Source of the DNA: an uncultured Candidatus Saccharibacteria bacterium
Lineage (GTDB): Bacteria > Patescibacteriota > Saccharimonadia > Saccharimonadales > CAYOYH01
DNA: 64,000 nt
Assembly (NCBI GenBank): GCA_964579475.1
Contig: CAZOFP010000001.1
Coordinates: forward strand, 19,421-83,420
Direction of reading: 5' to 3'
Shown here: in pieces, positions 20,211-28,391 of the stretch
Numbering within the stretch: the stretch's first letter is position 1
Layout of the letters: every line of letters starts with the position of its first letter
The notes under the pieces: generated by a model
Database searches by the model: none
The model's input: the letters and a program-made list of their open reading frames with translations, nothing else
What the model was told of the DNA's origin: nothing
Position numbers and translations under genes: made by a program

Positions 20211-20534
20211 TTTATTCGTGAGCAACATCTATTCAATCATTATTACCAAGCTAGCAGACCACTTTGTGGTACGTATGCTGGTGGGTGCGTAATATTCGAT
20301 TGAAGCTGTAACACAAATAACCCACGAGCCATCGGACTTCAATCGAAAAAGGTCCGATTTTTGTTTTAGAAGGAGTTTGTTAGTCCTAAGGAATCCAAAA
20401 CTGCTGGAAACCAAATGGACGAACAAACTGTTCGACCAAGTGTGACACCCGTCACAAATTAACAAGGAGAGGATAAGTAAGCCGACAAGGCTGAGTACGA
20501 ATTGAATATACGCTCTGATACACCGGAGGATGGT

Positions 20535-20912
20535 ATGACCACTGCAACGACACGAGACCGTGTCCTGGTTGGGGATGAATATCGCATCGTCTCTTGCGCA
20601 GACCGTGATCGACGTACTGCGTTGACTCTTTTGCCACAGGCGAAGCAACTGATTCTCAACAACGTGGAGTTCAAGAGCACGGGAAGGGGTCCGAATCGCT
20701 GCACAAGCTGGGGTGAGTATCTGTACAAGCTCGCCAGCAATGTTCATCGTGGACGCGGCAAATTTCGTTCCAACCCACGGAACCAACCACTTGCTGGCTT
20801 TGAGCTCAGTGAACAGGAGTTGAAAGACTTGGTTCTTGAGCTGGAATTTGTTATAGGCAACCGAGAGCATGCGCACAGAGTCGTTTGTCAAATGCTGATC
20901 AACGGATTCTGA
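20535..20912 (+). CDS. Hypothetical 125-aa protein encoded in a GC-rich islet between the rplJ and tmk-thyX regions
   Basis: ATG preceded by GGAGGA (4-nt spacing). Balanced composition, unlike the S/T/C-rich antisense ORF. No family recognised. Confidence 0.35.
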   Translation: MTTATTRDRVLVGDEYRIVSCADRDRRTALTLLPQAKQLILNNVEFKSTGRGPNRCTSWGEYLYKLASNVHRGRGKFRSNPRNQPLAGFELSEQELKDLVLELEFVIGNREHAHRVVCQMLINGF

Positions 20913-21187
20913 ACCCATCGGGTAAGTCCTGGAGGCAGTGACCACCCTTATCACTTCCGTGGTGGTAGTTTCGACTAATAAATCGTTATTGCCACCCCAG
21001 GCCCCGTCCATTCAAAGAGCCGAAGGGGCATACTGAGCCATCATACTCAGCGGGAACGTAACACGGCACATCCACCGTCACTTGCGCAACCACCCCTTCG
21101 GCTACCTAGGCATAGTACAAATATTTGATCGCTAACGCGATTGAAACTAACTAGCTAATCCTCTCCTTCAAAACGAAATTATCAAAT

Positions 21188-23560
21188 CTATTTCTTTTTC
21201 TTCGGAGTAGCCTGCTTTGAAATTTTCTCTAGTTGTTTGAGTTTGAACTGAGTATAGCGCTCCGCTGCCAAACGAGTCAGTTTTGGGTCCTCATCTTTGT
21301 TAACAAATTTCATCGATTCGGCAATCAGTGGGTGATGTTCGGCTAGGGTGTCGTGCATTTGCTTAACGAGTCTTCGATACCCTGGATGGCCCTGCGGTGT
21401 GGTGCGGAGTTCATGAAAATGAAATGCCTGTCGGGCGTTGTAGGTGACTTTCCAGCGCATTCGGTGACCCATGAGCGTGGCATACTGGGCTTCTTCCTCG
21501 TATCCAGCTGCCTGCATTTGGCTGTAGAGCTTGTAGCTCATATCGAAACATTTCTCGAAAAGCTCACTAAGACCAGCTTCTTCGACCAGTTCTGGAATTT
21601 CATAGCCGTACCTCGGTGTCAGCAATTGCCAGTTTAAATCGTCTACCATTCTATGGCGTTGTAGGTCGCGAAAAATTCCATAATCACACATTAAATCCCA
21701 GCTGTAGCGAGCTTGCTCCAGAGCGCGGCCAGGCTTATGCCTTCTGTTCAGCCGTTCACCAACGTAGGCTTTAAAGGCGGCCAACCTGTCTTCATAACTC
21801 CACTCGGCAACTTCGCGTTCAATTTCCCTGAGCGACAGGCTGGAATGCTCGTAAAGCATATTCGGCAGCAAATCCATTTCATTTTTAGGCCAAACTTCGT
21901 TGAGCATTACTGGGTTTGCCTCAGGACTCATGTTTGGCGACAGCTTTTCGTCGGCAATCTTTTTTACTGCCGCTTTGGTGTTGGCGCTATAGGCAATAGT
22001 CGCTCCGCCTCTGTCTGGCTTGTCGGCGCGTTCTAAAAATACAGGCACGACCTTTCTGGCCTCCTCTAGTAGTTTGTCGCCAGTTTCTCTAGCTTCTTGC
22101 ATGGTTTCGCCTTGGAGGTGCATGATTAAACTCTCTAGTGCCTGCCCCGAGGCATAGATACCGACTGTCGACTTAGTAGACACCGGCAACACTGGTCGAA
22201 TCGCATCGCAGGCTTGGGCACGGGTGGCTCCTTTCCAGGCGAAATCACGCTCTTTCTTTGGCACGTTTGAGTTTTTTCGGACGTAGTCGGTCAGTTCATG
22301 AACCATCTCTGAATACGTATCAAAAATCTTGTCCATTGTTTGCTCATAACTACGAGCGATTTTTGCATTAAGATTTTTCGGTGTGAAATATTTGTAGTTG
22401 CCCTTTTCATCTTTCTGATCGAAATATATATAGCGAGTTGATTGCTCAAGGTATGCCGCCAGTCTGCCCCACTCCAGCTTTTTAGTCAGCCAGTTTGATG
22501 CACCTTCGATGACAAAATGTATACCCGACAGCTGCTGTACGGAATCATCGCCGTAAGCTGTGATGACTCTTTTTAACAATCCTTCGTCCTTGCCAGCTTT
22601 ACCGGCAAACTCATCCAGAAGAGTCACCCGCATGTCGTCGCCACGCCTGCTGAGCCGTGCCATGGCAGCAGCAACAGTCACGTTAGACATCTTGTCAGTA
22701 AACACATAAACATTATCTTCTGTGTTGGTGACGGCATCGCTTAGGTACTCCCTACCCTCGTCAGTGATACTGAACGAGCCATTCTGGTTCTTCTTGATTA
22801 GTGGCGCATCGGTTGAAGGCTCGGCGTCTTCTTGTGCTTCGTTTTTCGAAAGTTTTTTCTCGCGGAGTATCTCTTTAAGGGATGCCGCCTGACTTTGTGA
22901 AGTTGATTCGTTAACTACCCTAGGTCTACTGTGCTGGCTCTTTAGAGCGTTGGAAACATGACTCCAGATGTCATCTGCTAGTGCCTCGACAGTTTTAGTG
23001 CCGTCAACTATTGGCAGTCCTCGGAGTTTAGCTTCCTTGAGTAGTCCATTTCGCTCTCTTTCCAAAAAATCTCTGGGGAGATTGTCGAATTTTTCGCCTT
23101 GGCCTCTGTTTTTGAGTCTCTTAAGTGATTCGTCGACTGGTATATCAATGATTACAATTAAGTCTGGCTCCATGTCGGCAACGGTAAACTTGATGATCTG
23201 ATTTATAGCCTCATAATCATCGATGTCCCCTCTACCATAGTATTGAACTGCAAGTGTCGTCAGGTAACTATGGTCAACTATGCAGCTTACACCACGGTTA
23301 GTCATGTTTTTAACAATATCGAGTGTTTGGGATCGGGCAGCGTTGTACAGAAGCACTTCGGTCTTAGTATTCATTGGATACCGTGGACTCTGGGTCATTG
23401 CACGAACCGTACGTGCAGTAAGATCGGTCTGACTGTCGGGCTCGCGCATCATCCGCACTGGAAGTCCGGCAGCCTGGAAGCGACGATTAAGTTCAACTAT
23501 TTGGGTAGATTTTCCTGTACCCTGCACACCTTGGATGACGACATAAAGGCCTTTATTCAT
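21188..23560 (-). CDS. Fusion protein: thymidylate kinase (N-terminus) + tandem-duplicated flavin-dependent thymidylate synthase ThyX-like domains
   Basis: N-terminus has Tmk P-loop (VIQGVQGTGKST), the REPDS block and a lid region. The C-terminal ~500 aa contain two ThyX-like repeats; the second carries the RHR motif (FRDLQRHRM...TPRY) and the first has it replaced (EWGRLAAYLEQSTRY). Start taken at the Met just before the P-loop (track ORF starts at 23602). Confidence 0.8.
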   Translation of the reverse strand: MNKGLYVVIQGVQGTGKSTQIVELNRRFQAAGLPVRMMREPDSQTDLTARTVRAMTQSPRYPMNTKTEVLLYNAARSQTLDIVKNMTNRGVSCIVDHSYLTTLAVQYYGRGDIDDYEAINQIIKFTVADMEPDLIVIIDIPVDESLKRLKNRGQGEKFDNLPRDFLERERNGLLKEAKLRGLPIVDGTKTVEALADDIWSHVSNALKSQHSRPRVVNESTSQSQAASLKEILREKKLSKNEAQEDAEPSTDAPLIKKNQNGSFSITDEGREYLSDAVTNTEDNVYVFTDKMSNVTVAAAMARLSRRGDDMRVTLLDEFAGKAGKDEGLLKRVITAYGDDSVQQLSGIHFVIEGASNWLTKKLEWGRLAAYLEQSTRYIYFDQKDEKGNYKYFTPKNLNAKIARSYEQTMDKIFDTYSEMVHELTDYVRKNSNVPKKERDFAWKGATRAQACDAIRPVLPVSTKSTVGIYASGQALESLIMHLQGETMQEARETGDKLLEEARKVVPVFLERADKPDRGGATIAYSANTKAAVKKIADEKLSPNMSPEANPVMLNEVWPKNEMDLLPNMLYEHSSLSLREIEREVAEWSYEDRLAAFKAYVGERLNRRHKPGRALEQARYSWDLMCDYGIFRDLQRHRMVDDLNWQLLTPRYGYEIPELVEEAGLSELFEKCFDMSYKLYSQMQAAGYEEEAQYATLMGHRMRWKVTYNARQAFHFHELRTTPQGHPGYRRLVKQMHDTLAEHHPLIAESMKFVNKDEDPKLTRLAAERYTQFKLKQLEKISKQATPKKKK

Positions 23561-24266
23561 CTTCAAGCTCTGGTATTGGTTTGGGCATCTCTCGACTGTC
23601 AAGATAAGATTTTGGCAGCATCTGATCGGGCGTCCAAGTCCTGATTATCGTATCTAGGTCAGTACCGCTCTGATATTTACCACTCATACCACCGTGTCTT
23701 CCGAGACCATAGCTACCATCAACCTCGCCAGTTTCGTGAAAAATAAGCTGTCCAACGCGCTCACCAACAGGCAGAACTATGCTTTCTGTTTTATTAAGGT
23801 TGTATATTTCTAGAGTAATTCGGTTAATGTACCCTGGGTCAATGAAGCCGGCATCAAAAGCAATGGCTATGCCGTTTCTGCCCATACTCGAGCGTGAATG
23901 CACAATGGCACAACCAGGTGGCTTTATACCAATGAACTCATGAGTGTGCCCAAGAATTCTTTCTTGAGGCCTGAGGACAACAATTGGTTGGTTTTCAGGG
24001 ATGCCTTTAAAAAGCTTCGCACCGTTTAAATCAGCCCATTGCCTGTGTTCAAGCGCTTGATATGGGCCATCGAAATACCTTTCGACATCTTCTCTGTCGT
24101 AGGGGTTGTAGGTGGTTCGCTCGTTAAGCTTTTCTGTTTTGTAATACCATTTACCGAGTGTGAAATCTAGACTAGCCTGTCCAATGTGTTTGGGATTGTG
24201 CGGAGTGCAAACGATACTGCCGTTCGCAATAGCATCTTCAATCTGTACATTACTATAAACGGCCAT
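23553..24266 (-). CDS. dCTP deaminase / dUTPase-superfamily protein (Dcd-like)
   Basis: Dcd family blocks SSMGRNGIAIAFDAGFIDPGY...LEIYN and GQLIFHE. Start taken at MAVYSNVQ. Confidence 0.75.
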   Translation of the reverse strand: MAVYSNVQIEDAIANGSIVCTPHNPKHIGQASLDFTLGKWYYKTEKLNERTTYNPYDREDVERYFDGPYQALEHRQWADLNGAKLFKGIPENQPIVVLRPQERILGHTHEFIGIKPPGCAIVHSRSSMGRNGIAIAFDAGFIDPGYINRITLEIYNLNKTESIVLPVGERVGQLIFHETGEVDGSYGLGRHGGMSGKYQSGTDLDTIIRTWTPDQMLPKSYLDSREMPKPIPELEDE

Positions 24267-24335
24267 CACCAGCGCCCTCTTTAATCTTGTTGTATAAATC
24301 TTACAGAGGCGTGAACTCTGGAGCAAGCATGAGCG

Positions 24336-24893
24336 TTATTGTTCTTGGCTGGTCTGTATAATTTGGATGATTTTATGAAGTGGTTTTACGGGTACGTTTT
24401 GCATTGGAGGTTGTTGGGTAGAGTGTACTTCTAGGCGACTTTCGTACCATCTAGCAATATTCTCGTGGTGTGGTTTGATATAATTTCCAAATGATTCAGA
24501 TGTTACATGCGCTCTATATCGGGAAATTAGTCCAGCAATTGCTAAATAGGGGACTTCAGGAATTACCTCATCTTGTTCTGTCTCTGCCACTTTGATTGCC
24601 GCAGTGAGTTGTTCGAAATGAGTTTGTGTGATGTCATCTTGTATCACAGACCCCATTTCCAACAGAAGGCCAGTGTCTACAGGATAGGGCGAGTCGTTTT
24701 GAGGCGTTCTTGCAAGGTCGCCTAGAATACGTTTGGCGGCAAGCTTAGTAGGATTTAGCTCGTCACTTGACGGCTGAAGTCGTAAATATGTTCCAGCAAT
24801 GCTCTCCAAATCAGCTCGCACAACTAGACTATTGCTGCTTTTTGGTTCTTCCCTATCAAATTCCATCAGCGAGAGTTTACATGAAATCAACAA
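24336..24893 (-). CDS. Hypothetical protein
   Basis: ORF between the dcd-like gene and the dNMP kinase; the start may be the internal Met (MEFDREEP). Confidence 0.45.
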   Translation of the reverse strand: MLISCKLSLMEFDREEPKSSNSLVVRADLESIAGTYLRLQPSSDELNPTKLAAKRILGDLARTPQNDSPYPVDTGLLLEMGSVIQDDITQTHFEQLTAAIKVAETEQDEVIPEVPYLAIAGLISRYRAHVTSESFGNYIKPHHENIARWYESRLEVHSTQQPPMQNVPVKPLHKIIQIIQTSQEQ

Positions 24894-24911
24894 TTACGAA
24901 AAGCACGAGCA

Positions 24912-25685
24912 CTAAACTGCACCCTCAAAATCATCAGAATTATATTCTGGCAGTAAATCGTCTGCCAGAAGGTCCTCGTACACGGCGCGAGCCATCTCAC
25001 CCAGCGCTTCTCTGGAAGAAGTGCTTAATATAACTGTGTCCACCTTGAGCTTTGCCCAATGTGCTTCAGTGATGTCGCTAGAATCACGTGGTGGTAGGTC
25101 TTTGCGTACGAGTTTTGCTAATTTTCCGCCATTACGACGTATTACCTCGGCATCATATGGATATCTAATTCCACCAACAAGACAAAGGCTTTTGCCTTTG
25201 GTCTCTGCATCGAGAATTCTCCGTTCGATCTCATCGTACCAAACGCCTTCGCTCACCCTGACAATCAAAAAACCACCCAACCACTGTAAAATTGCGCGGT
25301 TTTTATCTTTGTTGCCATCGTTAATCTTAGAATTAATCTCGACAACACCTTGCTCAATGAGGCTGATATAGCGCACGAGCCTTGCTACCGTTTCCGGCGC
25401 CTCGTTGAAAGTTTCTTCGGTAATTAAAAGCTGCTCAGGATGTATTTTTACCTGAAGTATCTCGGAGGCGATAATCGAGAGTTCGGTAGTCCAAGCTTCT
25501 AAAATATCGTAGTCGTGATCATCAACCAAAAGTTCTTTAGGAAAATTTTTCAGCCATTTATTGGCTACTTCAGTAATTAAAGTTGAAGATTCTATCCGAA
25601 CAGCCGACTTGTCTATCGCCATGAAGGCTTTAGCAAGAGTAGATTTACCATGACCGATAGGTCCCGTAATGCCAAGAATTAACAT
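24912..25685 (-). CDS. Deoxynucleoside-monophosphate kinase-like protein (phage T4 gp1 dNMP-kinase family)
   Basis: P-loop GITGPIGHGKST plus blocks resembling T4 dNMP kinase (QWLGG.LIV, GGIRYPYDAEVIRRNGGKL.KLVR, SDITEA). Confidence 0.6.
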   Translation of the reverse strand: MLILGITGPIGHGKSTLAKAFMAIDKSAVRIESSTLITEVANKWLKNFPKELLVDDHDYDILEAWTTELSIIASEILQVKIHPEQLLITEETFNEAPETVARLVRYISLIEQGVVEINSKINDGNKDKNRAILQWLGGFLIVRVSEGVWYDEIERRILDAETKGKSLCLVGGIRYPYDAEVIRRNGGKLAKLVRKDLPPRDSSDITEAHWAKLKVDTVILSTSSREALGEMARAVYEDLLADDLLPEYNSDDFEGAV

Positions 25686-25719
25686 ATAGTTCCAGTGTAG
25701 CTGGAGTTGGCGCTAGGCG

Positions 25720-26733
25720 CTACTCTTTGTCAGCAAAAGCAGTGCTGATATCAATCCTAATAGATGGGCCCATGGTTGTCGTCAGGAATATTCTATCGAC
25801 AAATGCGCCCTTTACGCTTGCCGGCTTGGATTGTTTTATAGAATCAAGCAAAACGTTGGCGTTCTCCAGTAATTTGTCGGCGCCAAAGCTGACTTTGCCA
25901 GCTGCAGTGTGAATAATCCCTTGTTCGTCGACACGGTACTCTAGTTGCCCAGCTTTTAGCCGTTTTACGGCTTTTGCTACGTCTTTAGAGACGGTTCCAC
26001 TCTTTGGGTTCGGCATTAGACCTTTAGGTCCAAGTAGTCTAGCGAAGCGTCCAAGTTGAGCCATTAACTGCGGTGTTGAAACCAGTACATCAAAGTTAAG
26101 TTCTTCCTTTTTTAGAAGCTCCAGGAAATCTTCCTCGCCGACAATGTCAGCACCAGCAGCCTTGGCTTTATCCTGATCTTCGGAGTTGGCAAATACAGCA
26201 ACTCTTACCGTTTTGCCCGTGCCATTAGGTAGCACCACGACACCGCGAACGTTCTGGTCTGCCTGCTTCGGATCAACGTTTAGCTTCAAATGTAGTTCGA
26301 GTGAAGCATCAAAATTCACCTTCGAGGTCTTCACTGCCAGTTCGATGCCGTCTTTTAAATTGTACGACTTCTCGTCATCTACGAGTTTGGCCAGTTCCTG
26401 ATATCGTTTCGAACGCCGCTCGATTAGCGGTCGCGTTACAGGTGTCGGCCCGCGTTTCTCAGCAGCAGTTGGCGTATCGGTGTCTTGTTCTTTAGCTATA
26501 CGCTCTTGACGCTTATCTTCCTCTTCATCGTCACTAATGGCCTTCGCACTGCGTTTTCCAGCCTTTGCGGTTGCGCTCTTTTCTTCAACTGGTTTTGCTT
26601 CGTGCACTTTGTCGTGTTTTGTCGGGTTAGATTTTTCGATAGCTGCTTTTATGTCAGCTATTTTGTCTTTTGGGGTCACCTTTAGCCCTAAATCTTGAGC
26701 CTCTTTCAACCAATCTTGTTTCGTCTTTGCCAT
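25720..26733 (-). CDS. rplA: 50S ribosomal protein L1 with ~105-aa lysine/glutamate-rich N-terminal extension
   Basis: C-terminal 230 aa align with bacterial L1 (QNVRGVVVLPNGTGK..., GPKGLMPNPK.GTV). The N-terminal extension lies in the same ORF with SD AAAGGA upstream of its ATG. Confidence 0.9.
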   Translation of the reverse strand: MAKTKQDWLKEAQDLGLKVTPKDKIADIKAAIEKSNPTKHDKVHEAKPVEEKSATAKAGKRSAKAISDDEEEDKRQERIAKEQDTDTPTAAEKRGPTPVTRPLIERRSKRYQELAKLVDDEKSYNLKDGIELAVKTSKVNFDASLELHLKLNVDPKQADQNVRGVVVLPNGTGKTVRVAVFANSEDQDKAKAAGADIVGEEDFLELLKKEELNFDVLVSTPQLMAQLGRFARLLGPKGLMPNPKSGTVSKDVAKAVKRLKAGQLEYRVDEQGIIHTAAGKVSFGADKLLENANVLLDSIKQSKPASVKGAFVDRIFLTTTMGPSIRIDISTAFADKE

Positions 26734-26782
26734 TTCATTCCTTTCGTGGTGCTAACGGTGGTCTTCACCTCCCACAAATTAT

Positions 26783-27013
26783 TTATGTTCTTGTTCTCTC
26801 ACCCTTCAACACCTTGTGTATGTGTTCGATGGCTAATTGCTCTTCATCAGGGTAGTCGTTTGGATTATATGAAGACATACTCTGAAGGAAGTCCGCCACA
26901 AGTGGAGTTCTTCTGCTCACTACGTTTTCGAAATCAGCTAAAACTGTACCCACACGTGCAGACATCTCAAACATGTTTGCTGTATCTCCTTGGTCTATCT
27001 CTGGGGAGCCCAC
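26783..27013 (-). CDS. Hypothetical 76-aa protein between rplK and rplA (GTG start)
   Basis: ORF with GGAGAT SD. Acidic, protein-like composition; no homology recognised. Confidence 0.3.
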   Translation of the reverse strand: MGSPEIDQGDTANMFEMSARVGTVLADFENVVSRRTPLVADFLQSMSSYNPNDYPDEEQLAIEHIHKVLKGERTRT

Positions 27014-27014
27014 T

Positions 27015-27449
27015 TTAGTTCTCTATCTCCACACCCATACTACGTGCTGTGCCGGCGACTTGCTTCATCGCTCCTTCTAGGTCGACTGCATTCATGTCCA
27101 GCATCTTTTCCTCGGCTATTTGCTTGAGTTGTGCCTTTGAAAGCGTAGCAACTTTTTCTTCATGGGGACGTCCTGAACCTTTGTCAATCTTTAGAATCTC
27201 ACGGATTCTCTCATCCGTTGCGGCGGTCACTACTCGCCAGTCCATAGACTTGTCGTCGTAAATTGCTACATGGACTGTGAGCATCTGCCCCTGTAAATCC
27301 TTAGTCTTGTCGTTAAAGGGTGTTACGAAATCCATCATGTTTACGCCATACTGACCAAGCGTTGAACCAACTGGTGGTCCTGCGCTAGCTTGACCCGCCG
27401 GTATTCGCATTTTTATATTCGCAGTAACTTGTTTCGCTTTTTTTGCCAT
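27015..27449 (-). CDS. rplK: 50S ribosomal protein L11
   Basis: Conserved L11 N-terminal (PAGQASAGPPVG) and C-terminal domains. Confidence 0.95.
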   Translation of the reverse strand: MAKKAKQVTANIKMRIPAGQASAGPPVGSTLGQYGVNMMDFVTPFNDKTKDLQGQMLTVHVAIYDDKSMDWRVVTAATDERIREILKIDKGSGRPHEEKVATLSKAQLKQIAEEKMLDMNAVDLEGAMKQVAGTARSMGVEIEN

Positions 27450-27457
27450 ATCGTCTC

Positions 27458-28003
27458 CTACATCTTCTTTACTTGTAGACCATCAAGCTCAACAGGAGTC
27501 TCTCGGCCAAACATGTTAACTAATACTTTAATTTTGCCCTTTTGAGCATCAATCTCGTTTATTGCACCGTCAAAACCTTTAAAGGGCCCGTCGATGATAC
27601 TTACTACTTCGCCAACCTTAAAGTCAATCTTGTGCTTAGGATCTTCAATACCGATTCTGCGCTGAATCTTTTTCATTTCATCTTCAGATACAGGAGTTGG
27701 CACTGTCCCACTACCAACGAAACCAGTTACGTTAGGGGTGTTTCGTACGATATACCAAGCGTCTTCAGTCATTTTGAGTTGAACCAGCACATAGCCTTGG
27801 AAGATTCGCTTCTCGACAACTTTTCTTTTACCGTTTTTTATCTCTATCTGCTTCTCTTTCGGCACTAAAACGTCGAAAATCTTGTCAGACATATCTAGAG
27901 AGTCACTTCTTTGCTTTATCGACTCGGCAACTTTTTCCTCGTAACCAGAATATGTGTGAATTGCGTACCAGTGTTTTGATGAATCGTATCTTTTCTTGCT
28001 CAT
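27458..28003 (-). CDS. nusG: Transcription termination/antitermination factor NusG
   Basis: NGN domain plus C-terminal KOW (GEVVSIIDGPFKGFDGAI). Confidence 0.9.
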   Translation of the reverse strand: MSKKRYDSSKHWYAIHTYSGYEEKVAESIKQRSDSLDMSDKIFDVLVPKEKQIEIKNGKRKVVEKRIFQGYVLVQLKMTEDAWYIVRNTPNVTGFVGSGTVPTPVSEDEMKKIQRRIGIEDPKHKIDFKVGEVVSIIDGPFKGFDGAINEIDAQKGKIKVLVNMFGRETPVELDGLQVKKM

Positions 28004-28005
28004 AA

Positions 28006-28275
28006 TTAGAGGAATATCCTTTGCGCTAACTTTTCAAATCCATAGTCTACAATGACTATGAATATCGTAAATATTGTTGTGAAGACGAGTACTGCGAAGG
28101 TAAGTTTCCAGGTTTCTTTCTTGTTGGGCCACGTAACCTTTCTTATCTCCTGGAGAGACTCCCTGACATATCGAGGTAGTCGAATTCTTCTGCTCTTACC
28201 AAGTTTGCCTTCTGAAAGCTTCTTGGGCAGCGGAACTTTAACCTCTTTTTTTAAGAATGATTTCTTCTTTGCCAC
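28006..28275 (-). CDS. secE: Preprotein translocase subunit SecE
   Basis: Small protein with a single C-terminal TM helix and conserved pre-TM block (EIRKVTWPNKKET); canonical secE-nusG-rplK order. Confidence 0.75.
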   Translation of the reverse strand: MAKKKSFLKKEVKVPLPKKLSEGKLGKSRRIRLPRYVRESLQEIRKVTWPNKKETWKLTFAVLVFTTIFTIFIVIVDYGFEKLAQRIFL

Positions 28276-28391
28276 GCTTGTACTTCTCTCCCAAATTAAA
28301 TAAAGGCTGAGTTTTCGGCCTTTGGTGTCAATACTACTACTAGAGTTCAGCTAAGTCAACACTGGTGAGAGTAAATTTGTGCTGACTTCTG

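Noticed and set aside
20229-21011. 260-aa minus-strand ORF (and other 60-136 aa ORFs on both strands) in the GC-rich islet
   Set aside because: Translation is S/T/C/R-rich with no motifs, and the ORF is open simply because the local GC is high. Only the plus-strand 125-aa ORF with an SD was kept, at low confidence.
19964-21187. RNase P RNA, tmRNA, SRP RNA or group II intron domain V in the islet
   Set aside because: I looked for GGAAAGUCCGG / ACAGAACCCGGCUUA (RNase P), the tRNA-like 3' end and tag-peptide frame (tmRNA), GGAAGCAGCC (SRP) and the domain V AGC/GAAA hairpin. None was present in the correct arrangement.
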